Positions 1-9,435 of a DNA stretch of 64,000 bases are shown here, in pieces; positions within the stretch are counted from its first letter, which is position 1, and every line of letters begins with the position of its first letter. The stretch is from an uncultured Alphaproteobacteria bacterium (lineage in GTDB: Bacteria > Pseudomonadota > Alphaproteobacteria > Rhizobiales > Xanthobacteraceae): assembly GCA_963781195.1 (NCBI GenBank), contig CAWAEZ010000016.1:40523-104522 (forward strand), in the 5' to 3' direction. The notes below the pieces were generated by a model. That model was not told where the DNA came from and did no database searches. It saw nothing but the letters and a program-made list of their open reading frames with translations. The translations under genes and the position numbers were made by a program.

Positions 1-6
1 GGCTCG

Positions 7-1182
7 ATGCTGCGGGCGGCAGCCACCGCCCTGATGGGGGCCGGCGCCTCGCTGCTCACGCTTGCGGACGGGCACGCGCAAACGGGGCCGCTGGTCATTG
101 CCAAGCAGGGCTATTTCTTCGTTGGCGGCGCCATCGACGCGAGCCGCGAGGGATCGCCCACCGTCGGTCACATGTACGTCGAATACCAGGTGCCGCAGCG
201 GCTCACCCACCCCTACCCCGTGGTGATGATCCATGGCGGCAGCCAGACTGGGACCAACTTTACCGGCACGCCGGACGGCCGGCAGGGCTGGGCGCAGTAT
301 TTCCTGCGCCGAGGCTACGCCGTCTATGTCGTGGATCAGGTGGCGCGCGGCCGGGCCGCCCAATGGTCGCAGGCGAACGGGCCGGTTTCCGCCTCGAACC
401 TGACCCGCCTGGAGCAGCGCTTCGTCGCGCCGGAGCGGTTCAACCTGTGGCCGCAGGCGCACCTGCACACCCAATGGCCGGGCAGCGGCAAGCCGGGCGA
501 CCCGGCCTTCGATCAGTTCTATGCGAGCCAGTTTCCCTCGCTGGTCGACTTCTCCCTCCAGCAGGCGCTCAACCGCGACGCCGGCGCCGCCCTCCTCGAC
601 CGGATCGGGCCGGCGGTGCTGCTGATCCATTCGCAATCCGGCGCCTTCGTCTGGCCGATCGCCGACAAGCGCCCCGCCCTCGTCAAGGCGATCCTCGCGG
701 TCGAGCCCAACGGACCACCGGCCCACGACATCGAGTTCAAGGGCGCACCGGACTGGTTCGAGGATGCGGCCCACACCAAGGCCGGCGGCGTGGTCGACGT
801 GCCGCTCACCTACGACCCGCCGGTGACGGAGGCCTCCCCGCTGCGCTTCGTGCGCGAGGACAAGGCCGAGAAGCCCGATCTCGTGCGCTGCTGGGCCCAA
901 GAGGAGCCCGCGCGCAAGCTCGTCAACCTGCAGAACATCCCGATCCTGATCCTGACGTCGGAGGCGTCATATCACTCGCCCTACGACCACTGCACGGTCC
1001 GCTATCTAGCCCAGGCCGGGGTCAAGACCACTTTCATCCGGCTGCCGGACGTCGGCATCCACGGCAATGGCCACATGATGATGCTGGAGAAGAACAGCGA
1101 CGCCATCGCCAAGGTGATGGTCGATTGGCTTGACCGCACGCTGCCGGGCGGCCCGAAGAAAACGGCCGCGACCGACCGATGA
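7..1182 (+). CDS. secreted alpha/beta-fold hydrolase
   Basis: 391-aa ORF with a signal-like N-terminus (LLTLADGHAQ). Has PVVMIHGG..DG, an HSQSG nucleophile-elbow-like motif and a C-terminal GNGHMMM. Same family as 45925-47139. Motif recall only. Confidence 0.7.
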   Translation: MLRAAATALMGAGASLLTLADGHAQTGPLVIAKQGYFFVGGAIDASREGSPTVGHMYVEYQVPQRLTHPYPVVMIHGGSQTGTNFTGTPDGRQGWAQYFLRRGYAVYVVDQVARGRAAQWSQANGPVSASNLTRLEQRFVAPERFNLWPQAHLHTQWPGSGKPGDPAFDQFYASQFPSLVDFSLQQALNRDAGAALLDRIGPAVLLIHSQSGAFVWPIADKRPALVKAILAVEPNGPPAHDIEFKGAPDWFEDAAHTKAGGVVDVPLTYDPPVTEASPLRFVREDKAEKPDLVRCWAQEEPARKLVNLQNIPILILTSEASYHSPYDHCTVRYLAQAGVKTTFIRLPDVGIHGNGHMMMLEKNSDAIAKVMVDWLDRTLPGGPKKTAATDR

Positions 1183-1655
1183 CGGAACGGCTCGTCGCGC
1201 GCGGCGCGGTAGCGATCGGGGTGCTGGCCGATGGCGGCGGGCCGCCCATCGTGCCGCTACCGACGCTCGGCCGCGGCGCCGCGGACTTCGAGCCGATCGC
1301 GGCACGGTTGGCGCGGGCGCTGGCGGCGTAGCGCGTGGCCGGCGACAAGCCCCTGCAGGGAGGACTTCGTCAAAGGCACCGGGCGGCTCGGCCCGCGTCA
1401 CGACCCGCTGGCCGCTAGCGACCGTGCTCAGGAATACAGCGGCTAGCGACTATGCCCGCGGTCTCGGCGAATGGAGCCGCGGCCACGCCGCCTGACCCTG
1501 CGACCGGGCGCTCGCGGTTGGCTTCTGTGCAACAGCCGGGCAGCGATTTGCAGCCAGACGGCGATTTCGATTGGAATGATTCTAACGTCTGCTAACATTC
1601 CCTTTAATCGGCGGTTGGGCACGCGTGTCGCCGCGGAGCCGCTTCGGGGGAAGGC

Positions 1656-2552
1656 ATGGGCTTCAAGTCGGGGGTACGCAGTGCCGCACTGCTGATTGCC
1701 GCTGCGCTGTGCGGCCTGGGTCCGCGGCTCGCTCATGCGGCCGATGAGATTCAGGTCTACAACGCCGACATCAACGAGGTCGGCCAGTTCTCGGTCCAGC
1801 AGCACCTCAACTACACGATGAAGGGCCTGCCTGACCCGGCTTATCCCGGCGCGCTGGTGTCCAATCACGCCCTCAATGGGACGCCGGAGTTCGCCTACGG
1901 CGTGACGCCCTGGCTCGAGCTCGGGCTCTACGTCCCGTTTGCGGTGAACGAGCAGGGCCAGTTCCTGTCTAACAACATCAAGCTGCGAACCTTGTTCGCG
2001 ACGCCGGACGCCGGCAAGAAGGACTTCTTCTACGGAATGAACTTCGAATTCGACTTTCCGAGCTGGGCGTTCGTGCCGTCGCGCTTTGCCATGGAGGTGC
2101 GGCCGATCATCGGGTGGCGCAACAAGGAATGGGAGTTCATCGTGAACCCCATCATCGATTTTGCCTGGGGCCAGCTCGGCACCGTGGACTTCGCGCCCGC
2201 CGCACGTCTCGCCCGCAATCTCGGCGACGACCGCTTCATCGGCCTGGAATACTATTCGGGCTTCGGCACGCCCGGCAACTTCGAGTCCTTCCAGCAGCAG
2301 TCGCATCAGCTGTTCGCGGTGACCGACTTCAAGATCGGCGAGGTCGACGTGGACTTCGGCGTCGGCTATGGCCTCACCTCGGGCTCCGATCGATGGATCG
2401 CCAAGACCATCCTGAGCTATGCCTTCCCGGTGCCGGGCAAGAAGGAAGGCGAATCCATGCCGGGCATGAAGACGCCGCTCAACCTGCGCTCGATGTTCTC
2501 GCAGCAGTCGCCGGAGCAGCTGGCGCGGAATCCGCTCGCCGGGATCCAGTAG
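1656..2552 (+). CDS. predicted outer-membrane beta-barrel protein (MetA-pathway-type barrel family), function unknown
   Basis: 298-aa ORF with a cleavable signal (RLAHA/ADE). Shows an alternating beta-strand pattern rich in aromatic and Gly residues, with a last strand TILSYAF followed by a ~45-aa tail. Confidence 0.55.
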   Translation: MGFKSGVRSAALLIAAALCGLGPRLAHAADEIQVYNADINEVGQFSVQQHLNYTMKGLPDPAYPGALVSNHALNGTPEFAYGVTPWLELGLYVPFAVNEQGQFLSNNIKLRTLFATPDAGKKDFFYGMNFEFDFPSWAFVPSRFAMEVRPIIGWRNKEWEFIVNPIIDFAWGQLGTVDFAPAARLARNLGDDRFIGLEYYSGFGTPGNFESFQQQSHQLFAVTDFKIGEVDVDFGVGYGLTSGSDRWIAKTILSYAFPVPGKKEGESMPGMKTPLNLRSMFSQQSPEQLARNPLAGIQ

Positions 2553-2660
2553 AGCCCCGCTCGATTCGGCCGCCGCTCATTCGCCCGTCGCCTATTGGCC
2601 CGCCGCTTGTCCCGCCGTGCGGGGATGCTAGATATCGCTCTCCATCCCCCAAGGTGAAGC

Positions 2661-3206
2661 ATGGCGCGCATTCCGCTCATTGAAGAAGACGGGCATCCCG
2701 AGCTCGCGGAGAGCATCGGTCGCATCAAGGCGGGGCGCCGCGGCGGGCTGCTCAATGTCTACAGGCTGCTGCTGCACAGTCCGGCGCTCGCGCAGACCTG
2801 GTTCGACCACAACAACGCGGTGCGCTGGAAGACCGTGCTGTCCGGGCGGCTGCGCGAGATCGTCATCATCCGCATCGCCCATCTCAACGGCGTCGACTAT
2901 GTGCTGGCGCAGCACGTCCCCGGTCTCGCCCTCCAGGAGGGCCTGAGCCTCGCCGAGTGCGAGGCGCTGGCGGACTGGCGCGGCACGGCGCTGTTCGATG
3001 CCCGCGAACGCGCCGCGCTCGGCTACGCCGAGGCCATGACGACCGCCACCTCGGTCCCGGACGCCGTGTTCGCCGAGGTCCGCGAGCACTTCGACGATCG
3101 CGAGATCGTCGAGCTGTCGGTGCTCATCGGCACCTACATCATGCACAACCGCGTCATGAAGGCGTTGGCGATCGACCTCGAACCCGAGGCGAACCGCGGC
3201 CGCTGA
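2661..3206 (+). CDS. carboxymuconolactone decarboxylase (AhpD-like) family protein
   Basis: 181-aa ORF with a typical CMD-family helical core (IVIIRIAHLNGVDYVLAQH; RERAALGYAEAMT). Confidence 0.8.
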   Translation: MARIPLIEEDGHPELAESIGRIKAGRRGGLLNVYRLLLHSPALAQTWFDHNNAVRWKTVLSGRLREIVIIRIAHLNGVDYVLAQHVPGLALQEGLSLAECEALADWRGTALFDARERAALGYAEAMTTATSVPDAVFAEVREHFDDREIVELSVLIGTYIMHNRVMKALAIDLEPEANRGR

Positions 3207-4944
3207 TGCGCGGCGCACCCACATCGGCAGGACTGCCCGAAACAAAATCGCCGGGCAGGGCCCGGCGAGAAGTTGCCGCTGGGAGAGCCGTGATTACTGC
3301 AGCCAGGCGGTGCGGCCGACCGAACGGTTGTTCAGGAAGACCACCGCCTCGCCGCGGAACTGGTCCGGCGCCGGACCTGAAAACTGATCCTCGGTGAACG
3401 ACAGCATCAGCGAGGAGTTGGGCTTCTGCATCAGGCTGCGCAGCTCGGTGAGATCGGGCCGGCCGTACAGCGTCGCCGTCATCGAGTTCGACGAGGCTCG
3501 GACACATGATCATCGCCCGCAGCCACGGATCGTCGTAGCGCATGCCGGTGTTCGCGACGACCTTGGTGGTGATGGTGGTGCCGCCGACCGGCGCGGCCGA
3601 CGTCACCGGAAAAGGTTCAGGGGCGGAAGCCGCGATCGGTTCGGCCGTGCCCGCGGACTCCGGCGCCATCGCCTCGGCGCCCAAGGCATCGCCGCCGGCG
3701 CTCGCCGAAACCTGGTCGGCTGCAGCGGTGCGAACAACCTTCTTCGTCACCGCCATCGTCGTGTTGGCGCGTGGCGGCGAGATCCTGGTCACCGGCGCTG
3801 CCACCCGGGCCGGTACGCTGGCTGACGGGTCGGGGCGCATGGCCGTCGCGACCACCGGCGATTGCGCGGGAGCAAAACCGAGCGCCATATCGAGCGGCAC
3901 GCGGTCGTTCTCGGCGACCCGCACCGGCCACATCACGCCGCTGTTGATTTCGGAAGCGCTCGCCTTCGCCGGCGTCACGCTGGCAAGCCTCATGCGGTCG
4001 GGTGCCGGCGCGGCAGCCGCGGTGCGCACGTCTTCCGCCGGCGCGGCGGCGGTTTTCGGACGCTCATGCGGAACCGGCGTCGCGGCGATCGCGGCCAGCT
4101 TGGCCGGACGGCCGAGGTCCGCGGGCCGGCTCTCCAGCGAGGCGACCGTGTAGGTCCCGGCGGCAGGAGCGGGCGGCTTGGCTTGCGCCGCAGCTTGCAC
4201 CGGCTTGGTTTGAACAGGCGCGGCTTGCGCCACCTTGGCTTGCCCTGCCTTGGCTTGCACGGGCGTTGCGGACCTGGACGTTGCAGACGGGGGCGCGTCG
4301 GCCGCGGCGAGGCGGGTGGCGCGGCCGCTCATGATCTTCGCCATCTCGGCGTCGCCGATCGGCGGGCCCCAGTGACGCACATTGGCCACGTCGAGATGCA
4401 CGAACGGCGACCCGGAGGTCGGATAATAACCGACGCCGCCGCGCTGCAGGCGCAGGCCGACGTTACGCAGCTCTTCGAGCGAGGCGCCCGGAATGAAGAA
4501 ATCCATCGCCTTGCCCAGCGTGTGCTGGCTGTGCTCGGCGACGCCGGAGCTGCGCGCATGCAGCATCGCGTTGGTGGCCGGCGAACGATAGCCGCATACC
4601 ACGTGGATTACCTTGTTGCCGCCGACCTCCCGGGACGCCTCCCAGACGAGGTCGAACAGGCGCGGATCCATGCTGGTCTCTTCCTGCTTGCGCCAATCCC
4701 GCACGAACCAGTTGAGCTTTTTCAGCGCATCCTCGTCGTAGCGGCCGTCGCGCTTGAAGGTGATCGTGATGTCTTCATTGGTGTGAATGTGGTGCAGCGA
4801 AATGGTCCGCGTGTCGCCGTTGGCGATGGCTGTCTCCAGGCCCTGGCTGCCCATCAGCACGACGGCGGCGGCGAGCGCCGAACAGCCGACCGCAAACGAA
4901 GGCATCCAACGCGTGCGCGCGTATTGCACCGAGCGATTTCGCAT
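3154..4944 (-). CDS. DUF882 / peptidase M15A family protein (MepK/YcbK-like murein endopeptidase), apparently frameshifted near 3483-3500
   Basis: The N-terminal 480 aa look normal: signal/TM, TRTISLHHIHTNE, GYRSPATN, HSQHTLGKAMDF, SPFVHLD, then an Ala/Pro-rich linker. The last ~110 codons of the ORF are Arg/Pro/Gly-rich and overlap the convergent CMD gene. The protein-like C-terminus lies in ORF 3294-3482 in another frame, so the true end is probably 3294. Confidence 0.75.
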   Translation of the reverse strand: MRNRSVQYARTRWMPSFAVGCSALAAAVVLMGSQGLETAIANGDTRTISLHHIHTNEDITITFKRDGRYDEDALKKLNWFVRDWRKQEETSMDPRLFDLVWEASREVGGNKVIHVVCGYRSPATNAMLHARSSGVAEHSQHTLGKAMDFFIPGASLEELRNVGLRLQRGGVGYYPTSGSPFVHLDVANVRHWGPPIGDAEMAKIMSGRATRLAAADAPPSATSRSATPVQAKAGQAKVAQAAPVQTKPVQAAAQAKPPAPAAGTYTVASLESRPADLGRPAKLAAIAATPVPHERPKTAAAPAEDVRTAAAAPAPDRMRLASVTPAKASASEINSGVMWPVRVAENDRVPLDMALGFAPAQSPVVATAMRPDPSASVPARVAAPVTRISPPRANTTMAVTKKVVRTAAADQVSASAGGDALGAEAMAPESAGTAEPIAASAPEPFPVTSAAPVGGTTITTKVVANTGMRYDDPWLRAMIMCPSLVELDDGDAVRPARSHRAAQPDAEAQLLADAVVHRGSVFRSGAGPVPRRGGGLPEQPFGRPHRLAAVITALPAATSRRALPGDFVSGSPADVGAPRISGRGSPRVRGRSPTPS

Positions 4945-5221
4945 TCCCCACGACCCCGTCTTTGCCGCATCATGCGGCGCCGTTCGTTTCGATGCGCTGA
5001 ACGCAGCGAAGCCGGCCGACTACAATTTTACTGGGATCGGTTAAGGCGAGTTTACCGCCACCCCGCTCCCCCACCACCGAGCACGCTTAAAGATTGAACG
5101 TGGCGAAAAAAAGCCGCGGCCCGCGTGCGCGCGCGCAAACCGGAATCAAGGTTTGGAAACCGTTGATTTCGACGGCACCGAGGTGCCGAGCACGCCGTCG
5201 CGAGACGCTCGAGAGGGCATG

Positions 5222-5250
5222 AAAAAGAGCGCTGCCCGGGGGCAGCGCTC
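5222..5250 (-). terminator. rho-independent terminator after the L,D-transpeptidase gene
   Basis: 10-bp GC stem (GAGCGCTGCC / GGCAGCGCTC) followed by a T-run on the minus strand, about 25 nt after the stop at 5276. Confidence 0.5.
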
Positions 5251-5275
5251 CTTATGATGCAAAGCGATTAGCGGA

Positions 5276-7372
5276 TCAGCGGAACAGCCCGAAGAACCCG
5301 TAATTCGCAGGACGCGTCTGCTGCACGGCCTGGCGGCGCGGCGCAGGGGCGATGTTGCTCGCTTCGCGGCGCTCGCTGGCGGGCGCGTCGGAGGCGACCC
5401 GATGGTCTTCGCCCTTGAGCAGCGCCAGCAGCTTGCTGTCGCGGCCGTAGATGTCCTCGCGCATTACGAGGTGGCCGGCGGCGTCGACATAGGCGGTCTG
5501 GTAGGTCAGGTGCACCGGGATCGGCGTGTTCAACTGGATGTCGCGCTCGCCCTGGCCATACATCCCGCGAATGCGATCGGCGGTATAGCCGTCGCGCGGA
5601 TTGGAAATGCGAAGCAGCACCTCGGCGTACTGGTCGGGATACTGCACCCGCATGCAGCCATGGCTCGCAGAACGGCGCTCGCTGGCGAACAAGTACTTGT
5701 CCGGAGTGTCGTGCTGATACACCGAGAACTTGTTGGGGAAGTTGAAGCGGATGCGGCCCAGCGCATTGCCGGCGCCCGGCGGCTGGGAGATGTTGACCGA
5801 GCCGTCACGGCCGTACGACACCTGCAGTCCCATGCGCGCGAGAACCGTGGGGTCCTGCGCGAGGGCCGGCAGGTACTCGTTGTGCACGATCGATTGCGGC
5901 ACGTGCCAGGTCGGGTTGACGGTGATGTACTTCATCGTCTCGGTGAGCAGCGGGGTCGCCTTCGAGCCCGGCGCTCCCACCACCACCCGCGTCGACCAGG
6001 CGAGATTGCCGTTATCCATCACCCGGAGGATGTATTCCGGAATGTTGACCATCACGTAGGCCTTGCCGAGGTCGCGCGGCATCCACCGCCAACGCTCCAT
6101 GTTGGCCATGATGATGTCGGCGTCGCGCTCGCGGCGCGGGCCGTTGAGCGAATCCACCACCGCGTTGGTCAGCGTGCCGTTCTGCGGCAGGTTGCGCTGC
6201 TGCTGGTACTTCTTCACCGCGTCGGACAGCGCCTTGTCGAAGATGGTGTTGTCGGCCTCTGCGACGCCGAACCGCGCCCGCAGGGCGGGGACGCGCGGAT
6301 CTTCCATGCCGACCTTGAGGGCCTGGCCGGTGCTGATGCGACCGGCACTGCCGCCGCCCCGCGCTTCGGCGAGCTTCGCCTTGAGCGCCTTGTAGGCGGC
6401 GTGCGGCGGGTTGAAGCTGTCGAGCGCCTGAGCGACGTTCTTGTTGGCGTCGATCACCTTGCCCAGCACCTCGGCCGGCTCGGGAACCACCAGATTGTAG
6501 AGGATGTCGGAGCTGACGCGGGAATAATGTACCCGCCCGGTCTGGGCGTGACGGGCAAACAGCAGGACCGACTCGGTGAATTTGAGCTCGGCTTCCGCGA
6601 GCACCGCCGGATCGTCGCTGCCGAACGACGGCACCGGGTAGTCGACCGGATCGAGGCCGTCGGCATCGACGCCGGACAGATACGCCGCCGCCGCCTTGGC
6701 GCGGCTGTTCTCGATGCCGCTATCGCTCCACACCGGGGCGTAGTTGCGGGCCGCGTAGTAGGCCTCGACCGCGGGCTTGTACTTGCGGTCGAAGATGCGC
6801 TCGGCCTTGGTGCCGAACAGTTCGTGGATCTTCTCGGCGACCTTCTGGTCGATGGTGAGCGGCGCCTCGACGGCCGCCGGCTCGGCGGGCGCCGCCTGGG
6901 CGGGCGCGATTTCGGAGGGCGCGGCCTGAACGGGAGTCACCTGCGCGGGAGCCGCCTGGGCCGGAATTGCCTTGGCGGGCTGCACCTCTGCCGGCATCGG
7001 CACGGGAGGCACGTCCTGGGCCGGCGAAGACGGGATCGGGGTCAGCGCTGCCGACGCGGGCGCCGCGCTCTGGGTCGGCCGCATTTCGGCCGCACCGATC
7101 GCGGCAGGCGCGTCCACTGCCGGTGCGGCAGGCGACACCACACGCTCGGCGGGGAAAGACGGATTCGGGGAGGTCGCGCCGGTCGGCGGCTCGGCCACCG
7201 TTCCGATATCCTCGACGGTGGGCGGCGCGAGATTGGCGGACTCGGGCATCGGCACGGCCGCCGAGATATCTGCATCGGTGGTGGGGCCGGCAAAGGCCGG
7301 ATGGCCTGGACCGCCGAGCACCATCACGATCGCGGTGGTGGCCAGCAAGAGACTGAATCGAGATCCGCTCAT
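5276..7372 (-). CDS. L,D-transpeptidase, YcbB/LdtD-like, with Pro/Ala-rich N-terminal region
   Basis: 698-aa ORF with a signal peptide and a long P/A-rich low-complexity region. Contains a PG-binding-like region (AVKKYQQQRNLPQNGTL) and the YkuD catalytic motif (YQHDTP...SHGCMRV). Confidence 0.85.
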   Translation of the reverse strand: MSGSRFSLLLATTAIVMVLGGPGHPAFAGPTTDADISAAVPMPESANLAPPTVEDIGTVAEPPTGATSPNPSFPAERVVSPAAPAVDAPAAIGAAEMRPTQSAAPASAALTPIPSSPAQDVPPVPMPAEVQPAKAIPAQAAPAQVTPVQAAPSEIAPAQAAPAEPAAVEAPLTIDQKVAEKIHELFGTKAERIFDRKYKPAVEAYYAARNYAPVWSDSGIENSRAKAAAAYLSGVDADGLDPVDYPVPSFGSDDPAVLAEAELKFTESVLLFARHAQTGRVHYSRVSSDILYNLVVPEPAEVLGKVIDANKNVAQALDSFNPPHAAYKALKAKLAEARGGGSAGRISTGQALKVGMEDPRVPALRARFGVAEADNTIFDKALSDAVKKYQQQRNLPQNGTLTNAVVDSLNGPRRERDADIIMANMERWRWMPRDLGKAYVMVNIPEYILRVMDNGNLAWSTRVVVGAPGSKATPLLTETMKYITVNPTWHVPQSIVHNEYLPALAQDPTVLARMGLQVSYGRDGSVNISQPPGAGNALGRIRFNFPNKFSVYQHDTPDKYLFASERRSASHGCMRVQYPDQYAEVLLRISNPRDGYTADRIRGMYGQGERDIQLNTPIPVHLTYQTAYVDAAGHLVMREDIYGRDSKLLALLKGEDHRVASDAPASERREASNIAPAPRRQAVQQTRPANYGFFGLFR

Positions 7373-7569
7373 GTTCTAAATGTCCCCCATCCACAAAGGC
7401 ACAGCGAGTGTTAGTCGCGGCGACCCCCGCCGAAGTTCATCCCTCCGACGCGAAATTCGTCCGACTGTACTCCACGCCCGCCCCACCGGGCATCGTGATA
7501 AACACCACAAATGCGATATTTCGGAGGAGTGTAACCCCAAAGCAACGGAGGCCTGGCCCTCGTCGAAGT

Positions 7570-9108
7570 CTAGGCTTCGTCGGTAACCGTGAGGCCCAGC
7601 GTGTCGAGTTTGCGGTAGAGAGTGGAGCGTCCGATGCGCAGCCGACGGGCGACCTCGGACATCTGGTTGCGATAATGGGCAAGCGCGAAACGGATCACCT
7701 CGGCCTCGATCTCGTCGAGCGGCCGCGCGTGACCGCCATCGTCGACCAGGTTTAGAAGGTTGGGCGCCGGCAACGGGATCAGTCCCGCCACCTCGCCGCC
7801 GCCATCGCCGTCGCCGGCCTCGTCCCCGACACGAATCGCAGGAGCGGCTGCAGGCGACAGCGGCGCAAGGTCCGACGCCACGCCGGGCGGACCGGGCCAG
7901 GATTGCGCCCGCTCGCGGTCACCGGTCTGCGCGGCAATCTGCGGAAACTCGGGCAGGCCGATCTCCTCGCCTTCCGCGAGCACGACGGCACGAAAGATGG
8001 CGTTTTCCAATTGCCTTACATTGCCGGGCCAGCGATGGGACATCAGCAGGCACAGGGCATCCGCCGGCATGGAGCGGACCCGCTTGCCCTCCTCGGCGGC
8101 GAACCGGACCATGAAAAGGCGCGCGAGGGCCGGGATGTCCTCAGGGCGCTCGCGCAATGGCGGCACGGTGATCGGAAACACGTGCAGACGGTAGAACAGG
8201 TCTTCCCGGAAGCGTCCCGACTGGACATCGTCCTCGAGCATGCGGTTGGTGGCGGAGATCAGGCGGACATTGACCGGAACGGCGCGCTTGGCGCCGACCG
8301 GCTCGACTTCGCCCTCCTGGATCGCCCGCAGCAGCTTGACCTGCGCCGCCGGCGGCAGCTCGCCCACCTCATCGAGGAACAGGGTCCCTCCCGACGCCTC
8401 CTGAAACTTGCCCTCGTGGCGCTCGGTGGCGCCGGTGAAGGCGCCTTTCTCGTGGCCGAACAGGATCGACTCCACGAGATTCTCCGGCAGCGCCCCGCAA
8501 TTGACCGCCACGAAGGGCTTGGCGCGGCGCGGGCCCGAGCCATGGATCGCACGCGCTATCAGCTCCTTGCCGACCCCCGATTCGCCCTCGATGAGCACCG
8601 GGATCGTCGAGCCGGCGCTCTTCTGCGCCGCTTGCAGCGCGGCCCGCATCTTCGGGCTGCGGGTGACGATGTCCTTGAAGGTCAGGGTGCCGCCGCGGCT
8701 GTGCTTGAGCCGGGCGAGTTCGCCTTCCAGCGCCCGCGTCGCCAGCGCATTGCGCAGCGACACCTGCATGCGTTCGGGGCTGACGGGCTTGACGACGAAA
8801 TCGACGGCACCCGCCCGCATCGCCGACACCACGGAGTCGATGCCGCCATGGGCGGTCTGGACGATGACCGGGAGGTTCAGGCCGGCCCCCCGCATGCGGG
8901 CCAGCACGCCCAGGCCGTCGAGGTCCGGCATCACGAGATCGAGCACGACGCAGTCGACATGCGCCGCATCGGCGGCGGTCAACCGGGCCATGGCGCCCTC
9001 CCCGCCGTCCGCGGAGACCACGAGATAGCCGGCCCTTTCGACCATGTGCTGCAGCAGACGCCGCTGCACCGGGTCGTCGTCGACGATGAGGACGCGCTCG
9101 GCCATCGC
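7570..9108 (-). CDS. sigma-54-dependent response regulator (REC-AAA+-Fis HTH), no adjacent kinase
   Basis: Start taken at [11 protein letters not shown]. Has a GAFTGA loop ([10 protein letters not shown]), Walker A GESGVGKE and a C-terminal HTH ([11 protein letters not shown]). The upstream 47 codons of the ORF look non-coding. Confidence 0.85.
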   Translation of the reverse strand, partial: AMAERVLIVDDDPVQRRLLQHMVERAGYLVVSADGGEGAMARLTAADAAHVDCVVLDLVMPDLDGLGVLARMRGAGLNLPVIVQTAHGGIDSVVSAMRAGAVDFVVKPVSPERMQVSLRNALATRALEGELARLKHSRGGTLTFKDIVTRSPKMRAALQAAQKSAGSTIPVLIEGESGVGKELIARAIHGSGPRRAKPFVAVNCGALPENLVESILFGHEKGAFTGATERHEGKFQEASGGTLFLDEVGELPPAAQVKLLRAIQEGEVEPVGAKRAVPVNVRLISATNRMLEDDVQSGRFREDLFYRLHVFPITVPPLRERPEDIPALARLFMVRFAAEEGKRVRSMPADALCLLMSHRWPGNVRQLENAIFRAVVLAEGEEIGLPEFPQIAAQTGDRERAQSWPGPPGVASDLAPLSPAAAPAIRVGDEAGDGDGGGEVAGLIPLPAPNLLNLVDDGGHARPLDEIEAEVIRFALAHYRNQMSEVARRLRIGRSTLYRKLDTLGLTVTDEA

Positions 9109-9435
9109 GAATGGTTTCCGGCGGGCTGGTCGGATTGGAATCCGCCCACTGTCTGCGATCGGCCTTAACGGGGCATTACCGGATCGCCGGGCTTCGCCGC
9201 CGGACGGACCCGCCATGTTCGGCCCATATTGGTTGCAGCGCTGCGGCAAAATCGCGCCGAGGCGGCTCTTTTACTGGCTGGAATCGCCGGCGAGGCGCAC
9301 AATCGCGAACCTCCGCAATCCGGCATCGCTTTTTGACGCTGGGGCAAGGTCACGGCTTTGCCGCAACTGCGGTCTTATCTCTTCATCACTCCATTCCGTC
9401 CATTTCGTCGATCGACCGATGAGCACGTCCCCTTC

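Noticed and set aside
5402-7414. Very long ORFs antisense to or overlapping real genes. Examples: 5402-7414, 9271-10548, 12333-13646, 34567-36312, 42796-44220 (beyond 43265), 55813-57267.
   Set aside because: Their translations are dominated by Arg/Gly/Pro/Ala/His runs with no recognisable motifs. They mirror well-supported genes on the other strand or frame. This is the typical stop-codon-poor artefact of high-GC DNA.
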